A DNA stretch of 31,824 nt from an uncultured Actinomycetes bacterium. GTDB lineage: Bacteria; Actinomycetota; Acidimicrobiia; Spongiisociales; DATADW01. This document shows, one piece after another, positions 9,774 through 19,351 of this stretch. The position numbers and the translations under genes were made by a program. The notes under the pieces were generated by a model. It was not told where the DNA came from. It worked only from the letters and a program-made list of their open reading frames with translations, and ran no database searches. Each line of letters starts with the position of its first letter. The first letter of the stretch is position 1. The DNA lies in the NCBI GenBank assembly GCA_963824995.1, contig CAWGRK010000007.1, positions 124,001 through 155,824 of the forward strand, in the 5' to 3' direction.

Positions 9774-10196
9774 GTGAAGAGGATCATCGCCGGACTTGTG
9801 ATCGCCGCATCGTTCGTCACGCCCATGGTCGTCAACCAGGCCGCGGCACAGGCTGTCACACCATGGAGCACCTACGCCACGCTCCGCTCGACCGACATGG
9901 GTTGGGCCTCGGCGGACGCCGGTGTGTACGTCCGCAACCCCTACAGCTTCCGCGTCAAGGTGAAGGCCAGCCCCCAGCAGAAGGTCAAGGTGTCGTGGTC
10001 GTACTACTGCGAGAACGGCAGCCGGAGCCAGAGCTACACCGTCACCGCTGGGAACAGCTCATGGGTCACAACGAACCTGCCCCGGCCCTCCAACCCCGGT
10101 GACTACTGCTCCGTCAGCATCTACGTGAGCCTCCCCAATCAGGACTACGACGAGGTGGGGACGGTGCGGGCGCAGCTTCAGGCGCAAACCCGCTGA
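9774..10196 (+). CDS. Hypothetical secreted beta-rich protein with two cysteines
   Basis: GGAGAAGG RBS, GTG start, signal peptide MKRIIAGLVIAASFVTPMVVNQAAA, strong GC3 codon bias, followed by a terminator. Confidence 0.8.
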   Translation: MKRIIAGLVIAASFVTPMVVNQAAAQAVTPWSTYATLRSTDMGWASADAGVYVRNPYSFRVKVKASPQQKVKVSWSYYCENGSRSQSYTVTAGNSSWVTTNLPRPSNPGDYCSVSIYVSLPNQDYDEVGTVRAQLQAQTR

Positions 10197-10220
10197 GCGC
10201 CATTGCCCGTCGATGACAAG

Positions 10221-10249
10221 GAAGGCCCGGCCACACCGCCGGGCCTTTC
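10221..10249 (+). terminator. Intrinsic terminator-like hairpin
   Basis: AAGGCCCGGC-CACACC-GCCGGGCCTT followed by TCATATT; lies between convergent genes. Confidence 0.75.
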
Positions 10250-10267
10250 ATATTGAGCCCTCAGGCT

Positions 10268-10361
10268 GCTTCTTTCGTCGCCCCCGCACCCCCTCTTCTT
10301 CGTCGCCCCGCAGGGGGGAAGGGACCCGCTGCGGAGCAGCGGGTAAGGGGGCTGGCGACCC
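10268..10361. repeat. REP-like palindromic intergenic element
   Basis: TTCGTCGCCCC twice, C-rich and G-rich complementary tracts, hairpin ACCCGCTGC-GGA-GCAGCGGGT (10324-10344). Confidence 0.45.
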
Positions 10362-10376
10362 CTACGAGTGCTCGGC

Positions 10377-10931
10377 TTACTCCTCGGGTGTGTCCACCTC
10401 GGTCTCAATCTCGGTCTCCACGAGGGCGGCGGCTTCCTGGTCGAGCATGGCGCCGACATCGGATGAGATCCCGCGGACCACCACCCGCCTCACCTCCAGC
10501 TCTTCGAGAAGGCGCCGCGCCCTCTCCACGTCATCGGCGGCGATGTTCGCCACCAACGCCGACTCGCCAGGGGCCAGGTCTTCGCCGAGCGCCCTGAGAT
10601 CGTCGTCCTCATAACCTTTGTCGCGGAGCTTGGCGACGAGGGCCCCGATGCCAGCGCCTATCGGAGCGCCCAGTAGGGCAACGGGACCAAGCATGATGCC
10701 CAGCAGGCCGGCCACCGCCCCGAACCCGAACCCGACCACGGCTCCCTCTGCAGTGCCGGCATCGTGGGTCTCCGCCCAATGGACCGCTCCATCCTGCTCC
10801 CTGCGGATCACTGCAGCCATGGTGATGCCGTTATCGCCCAGCGCCGGGACCAACGTCGCCAGAGCCCGGGTGGCCCCCTCGGATCCGCCGAAGGTCGCCG
10901 CCAGCAGTTGCAAGTCGCCTTCGCTCATCAT
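10377..10931 (-). CDS. DUF1269-like membrane-associated protein
   Basis: Glycine-rich hydrophobic hairpin [16 protein letters not shown]...GAGIGAL followed by [28 protein letters not shown] before ATG 10931. Confidence 0.75.
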   Translation of the reverse strand: MMSEGDLQLLAATFGGSEGATRALATLVPALGDNGITMAAVIRREQDGAVHWAETHDAGTAEGAVVGFGFGAVAGLLGIMLGPVALLGAPIGAGIGALVAKLRDKGYEDDDLRALGEDLAPGESALVANIAADDVERARRLLEELEVRRVVVRGISSDVGAMLDQEAAALVETEIETEVDTPEE

Positions 10932-11020
10932 CTGCTCCATCTCGCGAGGCAATCACGCTAACGAGATCGGCACGGTCCCATCTCCTTGTAGTGCCCATGG
11001 GATGGGTGTGGGTGCCTGTC

Positions 11021-11026
11021 TATTCT
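11021..11026 (+). promoter_or_regulatory. Probable -10 box of a leaderless gpmA transcript
   Basis: TATTCT located 6 nt before ATG 11033; no Shine-Dalgarno sequence. Confidence 0.5.
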
Positions 11027-11032
11027 CGGCCC

Positions 11033-11776
11033 ATGACGACCACCCTGGTGATGATCCGCCATGGCCAGTCCACGTGGAACCTGGAGAACCTGTTCACCGG
11101 TTGGACCGACGTCGAACTCACCGAGCGCGGTATCGCCGAGGCAGAGACTGCCGGGTCGGTGCTCGCTGCCGAGGGTTATGACTTCGACGTCGTACACACC
11201 TCGGTGTTGGTGCGGGCGATCCGGACCGCGGAGATCGTTCTCCACCGGATGGGTCTCTCGTGGATCGATGTTCGTCGCCATTGGAGACTGAATGAGCGGC
11301 ACTACGGCGCCCTCCAAGGACTCAACAAGAAGGAGACGGCCGACCGCCACGGTGCCGAGCAGGTCCGCTTGTGGAGGCGGAGCTACGACGTCCCGCCGCC
11401 GCCTCTCGAGCCCGACGACGAGAGGCATCCGCGGCATGACCCGCGCTACGCCTGGCTGCCGCCCGACGCCATACCCGCCACCGAGTGCCTGGCCGATGTC
11501 GTGGATCGGATGCTGCCCTATTGGTACGACCAGGTCGTCCCAGATCTGAGATCCGGCCGCCGGGTGGTGCTGGTAGCTCACGGCAACAGCATGCGGGCGC
11601 TGGTCAAACACCTCGACGGAATCGGCGACGAGGAGATCGTTGGAGTCAACATCCCTACAGGCGTTCCGCTGGTGTATCACCTCGATGACGAGTTGGCCCG
11701 GATCGAGAGCTTCTATCTAGGTGATCCCGATGCGGTTGCGGCGGCGTCCGAGGCGGTGGCGCGCCAGGCCGGATGA
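11033..11776 (+). CDS. gpmA: 2,3-bisphosphoglycerate-dependent phosphoglycerate mutase
   Basis: [56 protein letters not shown]. Confidence 0.97.
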   Translation: MTTTLVMIRHGQSTWNLENLFTGWTDVELTERGIAEAETAGSVLAAEGYDFDVVHTSVLVRAIRTAEIVLHRMGLSWIDVRRHWRLNERHYGALQGLNKKETADRHGAEQVRLWRRSYDVPPPPLEPDDERHPRHDPRYAWLPPDAIPATECLADVVDRMLPYWYDQVVPDLRSGRRVVLVAHGNSMRALVKHLDGIGDEEIVGVNIPTGVPLVYHLDDELARIESFYLGDPDAVAAASEAVARQAG

Positions 11777-11857
11777 AGCTCCCAACTGTGAATTGACCAC
11801 CTGGAGTGGCATACTTGTCCTCTCCTCGCCCCTGAATGAGCGGCCCGGGCAGTCACC

Positions 11858-12094
11858 ATGAATGTTGTAACCATCGTCATCATCGTCCTCCAGGTGATCG
11901 TTGCGATCGCCCTCATCGTGCTGATCCTGCTTCATGCCGGGCGGGGCGGTGGTCTCTCCGACATGTTCGGTGGCGGGATGGGACCCCTACAGAGCGGTTC
12001 CACTGTGGTGGAAAGGAACCTCGACCGGATCACAGTTGTCGTGGGTGTCGCGTTCGGGATCACCACGATGCTCCTCGCCTGGCTTCTCGGCTGA
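11858..12094 (+). CDS. secG: Preprotein translocase subunit SecG
   Basis: Two TM helices with LILLHAGRGGGLSDMFGGG and VERNLDRIT. Confidence 0.95.
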   Translation: MNVVTIVIIVLQVIVAIALIVLILLHAGRGGGLSDMFGGGMGPLQSGSTVVERNLDRITVVVGVAFGITTMLLAWLLG

Positions 12095-12106
12095 GCTTCT
12101 CCTCAC

Positions 12107-13825
12107 ATGGCTTTGTTCCGACGCGTCCTCTGCTTGTTGATGATCGCCCTGATGGCGGCTTCCCCGGCCTTGGCGACGACTGACACCACGACAGACCTCT
12201 CCGGTGGGCGCGCCACCGTCGCCATCGTCGGAGGCCCGATGTCGCTCAATCCGCTCATCGACCGCTCGGACGCGACCATGCAACTTGGGCCAATGCTGTG
12301 GGCGGGTCCTTTCCGCCTCGACCCGGAAACGCTCCGGCCCGAGCCGTGGCTGGTGCTCCGCCTCCCGACCCGCGAGAGCGGCGACCTCCGTGTGATGGCA
12401 GATGGCACGTTGCGCGTCGTGCTCCGCATCCGACCCGAGGCCGTTTGGGATGACGGGACCCCGGTAACCGCCGACGACTTCGTGTTCACCCACGAGGTGT
12501 TGACCGACCCGTCGGCAACGGTGGCCGATGACCTGAGAGCGGCGCATGCAGAGGTCGTCCCGGGTTCGGTCATAGGGAGTGCGAAGAGAGTCGAGTTCCG
12601 GCTAGCCAGCCCTTCGCTGGATTGGCTCGAAGCGTTCCCGTTCCTGTTACCGGCCCATGCACTGTCCGACAGCGACGCGCTCGCCGATTGGAGCACTTGG
12701 CCGAGCGCCGCACCATTCCGTGTCGAGGCGAACGTGCCCGGTAGTCATCTGCTCTTGGAGAGGAACCCGAGATATTGGGAGCAGGACGAGGCGGGTCGGT
12801 CGCTGCCCTACCTCTCCCAACTCGATCTCGTCTTTGCGGGAGACAGCGTGGATCTGGAGGATGGGTTTCGTCGAGGACAGTTCGACGTGATTGGAATCGA
12901 TCCGAGCTCGGGTGTCCGCCTGGCGACACTCCCCGGGGCGGCCACGTACGCGATGCCGGGCAAGGACTGGGAGCAGCTCGCCTTTGAGGTCGGTCCCGGA
13001 AGCGAGGTCCGAAATCCCGAGTCGCTGGTGGATGAGCTCGAGTTCCGAAAGGCGATCGCCATGGCGCTCGACCGGTCCCGGATCGCTGAGGCTGCCGGTG
13101 TCTCGAGCAACGAGGTTGCCTCTTCGGCGGTCACACAGAGCATGGGTCCTGAGGGACCCTGGAGCATGTACCACCACGACCCGGCCGCCGCCCGCGACCA
13201 GTTGAGGGCGCTGCAGCGCAGGCTCGGTCCCGGCACCGAACTGTCGCTGGTGCTCTCGGTCGGCGACTCGCCGGCACGCCGCCGTGTGGCGGCTGCCATC
13301 GAGCGTCAACTCGAAGCGGTGGGGATAGAGGTCACGGTGGAGAGGCTGGATGTGACCAGCCTCTTCGCCGACCGGGTGATACCGGGCGAGTTCGAAACCG
13401 CCACTTGGGCATGGGTGACGACACCGGGTGCGGCCGGCTCGGTGGATGACGCCCTCGAGTGGTTCTTCACCGCCCCCGAGGACGGCGGATACCAGTTCGC
13501 CGGTTGGGGGATCGACGGTGTCGGCGGTACCGAACTCGCATCATCCAGCGGGGATCTGACCGAGGTGTTCGACCTGAGCGACGCCGTCGCCGCACTCGAC
13601 GATGTGGACGTGGCTCTGGCCGAGCAAGCGCTGCTCATACCGCTCTATCGCTCCGTCGATGCCGCGGTGGTCCGCACCTCCCGCATATATGGATTCACCC
13701 CCGGGCACGGGCTTCTCAGCGGCGCCGCCCGGTGGTTCATCCCCGAGGGAGCACGCGGCCTCGAACGGTATACTTTCCTCCTCGGGCCGCCTCCGGCCCG
13801 TACCCACGTCGGAGTGGCGGAATAG
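12107..13825 (+). CDS. ABC transporter family 5 (peptide/nickel-type) solute-binding protein
   Basis: Signal peptide ending ALA; SLNPL, WDDGTPVTADDFVFT, LERNPRYW, RKAIAMALDR, LIPLY. The stop codon lies 18 bp inside the tRNA. Confidence 0.85.
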   Translation: MALFRRVLCLLMIALMAASPALATTDTTTDLSGGRATVAIVGGPMSLNPLIDRSDATMQLGPMLWAGPFRLDPETLRPEPWLVLRLPTRESGDLRVMADGTLRVVLRIRPEAVWDDGTPVTADDFVFTHEVLTDPSATVADDLRAAHAEVVPGSVIGSAKRVEFRLASPSLDWLEAFPFLLPAHALSDSDALADWSTWPSAAPFRVEANVPGSHLLLERNPRYWEQDEAGRSLPYLSQLDLVFAGDSVDLEDGFRRGQFDVIGIDPSSGVRLATLPGAATYAMPGKDWEQLAFEVGPGSEVRNPESLVDELEFRKAIAMALDRSRIAEAAGVSSNEVASSAVTQSMGPEGPWSMYHHDPAAARDQLRALQRRLGPGTELSLVLSVGDSPARRRVAAAIERQLEAVGIEVTVERLDVTSLFADRVIPGEFETATWAWVTTPGAAGSVDDALEWFFTAPEDGGYQFAGWGIDGVGGTELASSSGDLTEVFDLSDAVAALDDVDVALAEQALLIPLYRSVDAAVVRTSRIYGFTPGHGLLSGAARWFIPEGARGLERYTFLLGPPPARTHVGVAE

Positions 13826-13891
13826 GCAGACGCGCTAGGTTGAGGGCCTAGTGTCCTTAGGGACGTGGGGGTTCAAGTCCCCCCTCCGACA
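13808..13891 (+). tRNA. tRNA-Leu (anticodon GAG)
   Basis: Acceptor GTCGGAG/CTCCGAC, D arm with AGGCAGACGC, anticodon arm CTAGG-TTGAGGG-CCTAG, long variable arm, T-loop GTTCAAGTC; CCA not encoded. Confidence 0.97.
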
Positions 13892-13907
13892 CCGAGTTGA
13901 ACCCCCA
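13877..13907 (+). repeat. att-like site A (tRNA-Leu 3' end plus right arm)
   Basis: GTCCCCCCTCCGACACCGAGTTGAACCCCCA; 28/31 identical to 19321-19351. Confidence 0.85.
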
Positions 13908-14049
13908 GGTCAGAACCGGTTTCCGGCGCTGCTGGTGCATTCTGCTGTTCGGGGTGGCCGGCGGGAATGGCCACGGCGACGCCCGGCCGGAGCTACCCTC
14001 CGCGCCCCAACCCGAGTCGCGCCGGGGGTTAGGCAGCAGGCATCACTCG

Positions 14050-14679
14050 ATGCAAGTCGTTCACCTGGTCCGCCATGGCCGCACCGCGTGGAACGTGCAG
14101 CGGCGGGTAATCGGCTGGCTCGACGAGGGCGTGGAGCCCGTTGCTCGCCGCGACGCGCAGGCCGTGGCCGACGCGCTGGCGGGCGAGGCCGTGGCGGCGA
14201 TCGTGTCGAGCCCGCTGCGCCGGGCACTGCAGACGTCAGGTCCCTTGGCGAATCGGGTCGGTATCGAGCCGCGCCTCGACGACCGCATCGGCGAACTGCG
14301 GATGGGCCTTTGGGAGGGGCTCACCGAGGACGAGATCGCTGAACGATGGCCCGAGGAGTGGCGCCGATGGCGGACCGAGCCGCACACTCTGGCCCTCGAG
14401 GGTCGCGAGACGCTGGGCGAACTGAACGCCCGGGTCGCCGCGGTTCTGGACGAGCTCACATGTAGCTCAGTCGCCTCTGGCGCGACCGTGGTGTTCACCC
14501 ACGATGCCGTGGTGCGGGCCGCGGTCGCCTGGGCGCTCGGGACGGGACCCGAGGTCTACCGGCACGTCGAGGTCGCCAACTGCTCCATCACGACGGTACG
14601 CGTCCTCGACGGCGTGCGCCGGCTGGTGCGGACCAACCAGGTCGGCCACCTCGAACGGCGCGGTCGCGAGGGCTGCTAA
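14050..14679 (+). CDS. Histidine phosphatase family protein
   Basis: LVRHGRTAWN, SSPLRRALQT, ELRMGLWEG, FTHDAVVR, NCSIT. Confidence 0.9.
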   Translation: MQVVHLVRHGRTAWNVQRRVIGWLDEGVEPVARRDAQAVADALAGEAVAAIVSSPLRRALQTSGPLANRVGIEPRLDDRIGELRMGLWEGLTEDEIAERWPEEWRRWRTEPHTLALEGRETLGELNARVAAVLDELTCSSVASGATVVFTHDAVVRAAVAWALGTGPEVYRHVEVANCSITTVRVLDGVRRLVRTNQVGHLERRGREGC

Positions 14680-16771
14680 CGGCTCGGGGGCGGACGGGCC
14701 GACCTCGCCAGCCAGGATCGTGACGGTCACCGGCGACCGGCGGGCGAACGCGACGAGCCGGGCGAGGTCTATAAGCGACGTCACCACGGGGAGGCCACTC
14801 CCCGCGAACGCGTCTAGGTGGCCGGGCCGAGAGAGCCCGACGAAGCGGACGCCCGCGGCACGGGCGATGGCAGCGTCGCGCAGGGCGTCGCCGACGAACA
14901 GGACGTCGTTGGGAGCGACGCCGATCGCGGCCGCCCAGGACCGGAGCTGCCCCACCTTGGGACGGTACGGCCGCCAGCCGTCGACCGCAGCTGCGCGCTG
15001 GGCCAGCCCGTGGCGACGGCAAAACTCCTGGACGAGCTCGGCGCGAGTGCTGCTGCAGATGAGGGCGGGGACGTCGGCGCGCCCAAGGCGATCGATGGCC
15101 GCACCTGCGTCCGCGAACGGTCGGCAGCCTTCCATGAGGCCTTCCTTGGCGGATTCGAAATCGGCGGCGATGTCGTCGAGGCTCGGGTGGCCGTAGGCGA
15201 TGGCATCTAGCTGGGTCCGGAAGTCGTCGCCCGCGGTGCCGAGGTAGCGGCTCGTGGCCTCGTCGCGCGGCATGCCGCACCCGCTCGAGAGCAGCTCGGC
15301 CGCGAGCTTCGCGAGCGTCCCCATGGAATCTGCCACGGTGCCGTCGAAGTCGAACGCCACGGCACGCACCCCCATGTAATCGGCACCCGGACCGCCAGCC
15401 CACCAGGACGCCCGCAGCCGCACGATCACGATCCCCCCACAGAGGACCCCCAGGACGGCGAGCGCGGCCAGCAGCGAGCTGGCATGTCACTGCTGCGCCC
15501 AAGGCGCCGAGGGTCAGGATCAGCAGTCGCAGGTCGCGCCCGCGGCCGCCCGCGAGGAGGACACCGTGGTACCTGTGGCCGAGGTCGACGGCCGCCTTGG
15601 CCGTGGTGTAGCTGACGAGTAGGTGCCCGACGAGCGCCAGGCCGGCGATGGCTATCACGACCGGCACCTGCGCCGACCCAAGATGGCCGGCGACGTCCGC
15701 CGAGGTCGCGAGGTAGATGGCCGCGCCGGTAAAGAGCAGGCCGTCCGCCGCCCGGTCGAGGACCGCATCGAAGAACGAACCGAAGCGCGACGAGCGGTGC
15801 GCTAGGCGGGCGATCTCCCCGTCGCTGCCATCGAGGACGCTTGCCGCCGTGACGAAGACCGCGGCTACCACCGGGGCGTGGGCGACGAAGGCCGCCGCGG
15901 CGGCGATCGCGACGGCGAACGCGGCAATCGTGATCTGGTTCGGGGTGATCGTGGGGAAGACACCGAGCAGTACCGGGGTCACGAAGCGCTGCGAAACCGC
16001 GCGGTTCAGGCGCGTCGCCACGGCGCCGTCGAGCGCCTTACCGGTGCTTCGGAACAGGAACCGGCTGCCGCGGCGGCGGTCGGTCGGGGTGTCGACGTCA
16101 AACCACCATTCGTCGGCCTCGAGCGGCAGCCCGCGGGCCGTGCCGAGGCTGGCGAGCAATTGCATGGCAGCCGCGAACGCTGTGTCGCCGCATGCGGCGA
16201 CCTCCTCGACCGCGTCGAACACCGCAGCGCTGCAGACGAAGGCGCCCACGTCGAACGCGTCGTAAGCGGGCAGCATCTTGCCGACGGCCTCGACGCGGTC
16301 GCCGTTGAGTCGAACCTTCATAGCGTCGGCCGGGTCGACACCGGCGGCCCGTCCGAGCGAGCGGTCCACAGCGACGACGACCTCACCCGGTCGCACCGAC
16401 GTCGCCCGGAGCCGGCGCAACAGTGCCGGCGCGAAGACGTGATCGGCCATCACCAGCGCGAACGGTGCGTCGCCGACGATTTCCTTCGCGGCGAGAACGG
16501 AGAGTCCGTTGCCCTCCCGATAGCGCCCGTTGTGGACGATGGCAACGCGCAGCCCTCGGCGACGGCTCACGTCGACGGCCTCCCGGGCGACACGTTCGGG
16601 TTCATGTCCAGTGACAACTACGACGTCGTCGAAGCCGGCCTCGCCCGCCGCGACGATTGACCGTTCCAGGAGTGTCATACCCCCGACCCGCACCAGCGGT
16701 TTCGCACCCACCTTTGGCTCGAGGCGGGACCCAATGCCGGCGGCAAGCACGACAAGCCGGGACGTTTGCAT
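14467..16771 (-). pseudogene. IPCT/DIPPS-like nucleotidyltransferase-CDP-alcohol phosphotransferase fused to a HAD phosphatase; one frameshift at ~15487 (real or sequencing error)
   Basis: AAGGAG RBS and ATG 16771; LAAGIGSRL..KPL, GNGLS, MADH, WFDVDT; TPNQIT, LDGSDGEIAR..FGSFFDAVLDR, SYT, RDLR. Removing one base at 15487 restores the last TM helix and reads into HAD motifs FDFDGT, CSST, PK and FVGDALRD. Confidence 0.85.
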
Positions 16772-16805
16772 TCTTCGCGATACTCCTTCTTGCCGTAGCC
16801 CCGAG

Positions 16806-17000
16806 TGAGCCGACCTGGGATTGACACATTGCGGGCTAATTGGTCCCGCCCGTGGTGGCCAGGTTGTGACCGTACCAGTGGGCGCCCCCAGGACATGGGG
16901 TGTCGTACTCAACGCGTGGGATGTGCCAATCTCGCCGAGGAGGTGGATTGCGTTGTACCAGTCGATCCATTCGGCGGCGGTGAGTCGCACGGTCATTCTG
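16806..17000 (-). mobile_element. IS3-family 3' remnant
   Basis: Minus-strand peptide LTAAEWIDWYN..LGEIG/IPRVEYD resembles the IS3 transposase C-terminus; terminal TGAGCCGACCTGG at 16806 resembles IS6110-type TGAACCGCCCCGG ends. Confidence 0.6.
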
Positions 17001-17086
17001 CAGTTCCGAGCACCCGACTCCGACCAGCGACACGCCTTTGCGTAGCCGTGACCGAATTTCTCTTGTCCCCTCGGCGTGACTTTGAT

Positions 17087-17285
17087 GGCGCTTCGGAAAT
17101 GAGCGGGGTGTAGGGGGTCCTGGGAGGCTGACAGGGGCCCTGCCAATCTGATGGATGTAGGCCGTCAGATGGAAGGTCCCCGGTGGCGACGAACCCTATT
17201 CGCATGTGCAAGTTGCTCGTTGGATTACCCGACATCAACGTGCTTGGGGTGACGCATCCAGTGGCTGGGCCGGTGCGGGTGGGAG
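17087..17285 (+). mobile_element. ISL3-family 5' remnant
   Basis: GGCGCTTCG...GGTGTAG left end resembles IS1096-type ends; GTG 17183 starts MATNPIRMCKLLVGLPDINVLGV, an ISL3 transposase-like N-terminus, truncated after ~30 codons. Confidence 0.65.
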
Positions 17286-17344
17286 GTCTGCATGATGATC
17301 GGCAGCTGACCAGTCCGGCGCTGCTGGGGATGCGAAAATGTAGC

Positions 17345-17605
17345 TTCGGACTGGAGGTGGCAGGGCAGATCGCCTCGGCGACCGGGCCTTTGGCTCGTGC
17401 TGGTGGCCACGTTCGGAATCGGAAACGCGGCCGTCCTCGTGGCGGGCGGGATCGCGGCCTTGTCGCTGGGAGAGCGTGTGGCCGGCGCCCTCGTCGGAAG
17501 GCGACGTCTCCACCTGGGTGGGTTTACGAGCCTGTTGCCGCCGGCATTGGTCGTGTTGAACGGAGCGGTGCTCTCTCGGCTGGGCTGCCATCCAGAGCCT
17601 CGGAT
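17345..17605 (+). pseudogene. Fragment of a membrane protein, possibly the C-terminus of an RcnA/NiCoT-like transporter
   Basis: Frameshifted hydrophobic run LVLVATFGIGNAAVLVAGGIAAL...LLPPALVVLNGAVLS; family call tentative. Confidence 0.3.
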
Positions 17606-17681
17606 ACCACTGACCGGTTTGCTCGCCGGGTCGTCACGACGTCGGTGCTGTGGGCTTTAGCCCAGCGGCCCATCGCTGCTC

Positions 17682-17862
17682 ATGCCGATCGGAGCTTTCT
17701 CACCATTGTCAAGGCAAGAGAGGAAAGGGATGGCCGTAGAAACCGGTACCAGATCCAGAAACATCTGCCGCTGAGAGAAGCCCTCAGCCGGGAACGCACC
17801 CATCGGCAAGGTGCTAAACCTCCTGGTCGACGCCAACACACTCACCGGAGGAACGTGGCTGA
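17682..17862 (+). pseudogene. Winged-HTH regulator remnant (internal deletion and frameshift)
   Basis: SFLT joined directly to ERDGRRNRYQIQKHLPLREALSRERT/IGKVLNLL, the termini of a common actinobacterial small HTH family; the HTH core is missing. Confidence 0.6.
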
Positions 17863-18641
17863 CTCCGGGAGAGAGGGCCCCAAGCCGTCCCCGTCCCCCG
17901 GCCCTAAAAGAAGTTCGATGTCACGGGACAGGGCGGCAGCGGCGGTGGCCACGCATTCCCGCCGACGATGCGGTGAAGGCGACCGAACTCCAGGTGCCGA
18001 CCACGAGGGGGCAGCGCCCCAAGGGCGATTCCGCTCTGGAGATTCTGATATCGGACAGGTTTAGCACGGACCACAACCGACCTTGGCGTCCGGTTCGAGC
18101 TGGACGACCGCGAGCGGCCAGGGCGGTCGATTCTTGCCGCGTCGTTGACGGCTCCACGTTTCGTGAGCGGCATCGAACGAAGCGTGGGGGTTCGTCTCAC
18201 CGACGCAGTCCGCCGACCACATGTAGCGAGCTCGCGGTCACCCTGCGGTCGGCTCGAAGTTGTACGCCGCCTGGGTGACTCGCCGGCGGCGAGGATCAGC
18301 GCCCGCCGTCGGGAGCAGTCGAGCACGACCCCGGCGTAGTGGGCGGCGAGCAACACAGCCGGTGTGGTCGGCGGGTCGGCCGGCATCAGCACGGCAGGTT
18401 CCCGCAGCCGGTGGATCAGCACAGGCTCGTCCAGCGCGCCGACTTCTGCGTGAAGTTCTCGAGGATCGCCGAGGCGATGTGCTGGGTGGCCGTGTTTGTT
18501 CCCGTGGGCCCGCGGTGTAGAGAGCCGTTCGTAAAGGGGTAAGGCCGACCGCACCCGCGCAGTAGTGGCTGCCGAGGGGTGACGGCGACGCCGGTCGGCC
18601 GCTTGATCTGTCCCGCCAGGCGCGGACGGCGCGCTTTCGGA

Positions 18642-19217
18642 TCAGCTGGGCGTGATCGTCGTACGCATCACTCGGTGGTTCTTGCCCTTGGGCCGCTCTA
18701 GCTCGAGCCGAACTAGTTCGAAGCGGCTCGGGTCACGTTGTATGAGGAACGAAGCCGAGATCCTCTTTCCTGGGTGCTTGCGGGTACCCTCCTCTACGAG
18801 GCGACCACCGGCCTTTGCGATCAGGTCCAGCGCACCCTGGAGGGCGGCCGCTGATACACCTCCGCGCCGGTAATCCCGGTCGACGAAGAAGCAGGGGAGC
18901 CGGTAGTCCCGCGGCTCGACTAGCCCGTTCTCGTACTCCTTGCGGTGATAGATACGCGGCAGCTGCTCCGGGGTGTCTTACCGGCACCACCCGACGGCGC
19001 GATCACCGTCGAAGACCGAGCGCGGCGTGTGACTGTCCCTCGTTGACCAGACGTCGCTTCAGGGCGCGGTTGCCTCGGGGCCTCTGCCCCCTCTTCGGGG
19101 AACTTCGGGTGGAACGAGAGGCACTAGCGGCCTCCCCACACGCCGTCGTGCCGCTCGACGAACTGGGCAAAGGCATCCCAGGTGTCGGGCTGAAGCGGTT
19201 TGATGGTGTACGGCGAT
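18642..19217 (-). pseudogene. GNAT family N-acetyltransferase pseudogene
   Basis: YTIKPLQPDTWDAFAQFVERHDGVWGG, LPRIYHRKEYE, CFFVDRDYRRGGVSAAALQGAL, RPKGKNHRVMR; in-frame stops at 19124-19126 and 18978-18980 plus frameshifts. Confidence 0.85.
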
Positions 19218-19292
19218 GCGGGCAGCGTAGGACCCGATTGCGGACGGTAGGCGTCCGCTGTCGAGTTACGCGGCCACTCGACGTTGTGCCTT

Positions 19293-19351
19293 CCAGACCT
19301 GCCGTGTACTCAGGGTGTGTGTCGCCCCTCCGACACCGAGTGCAACCCCCA
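19293..19351 (+). repeat. att-like site B (left arm, core, right arm)
   Basis: Left 44 bp are 40/44 identical to 23518-23561; right 31 bp are 28/31 identical to 13877-13907; core GTGTC-N8-GACAC. Confidence 0.9.

Larger units (their letters stand above)
13893..19336. mobile_element. tRNA-Leu-integrated cassette 1 (5,444 bp core to core), no integrase recognised
   Basis: Bounded by direct repeats of the tRNA 3' end CCTCCGACAC (13883-13892 and 19327-19336); accessory and decayed cargo. Confidence 0.7.

Noticed and set aside
14588..17146. 852-aa ORF as a single real protein
   Set aside because: The N-terminal 125 aa read through IS remnants and the C-terminus after ~15487 is off-frame; the real start is 16771.
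17183..18064. 293-aa ORF as an intact transposase or gene
   Set aside because: It is a chance in-frame join of an ISL3 N-terminus, off-frame sequence and an HTH remnant; no DDE domain.
17870..18640. Several ORF-track frames in this segment
   Set aside because: No recognisable motifs or consistent codon bias; probably decayed sequence, left unassigned.
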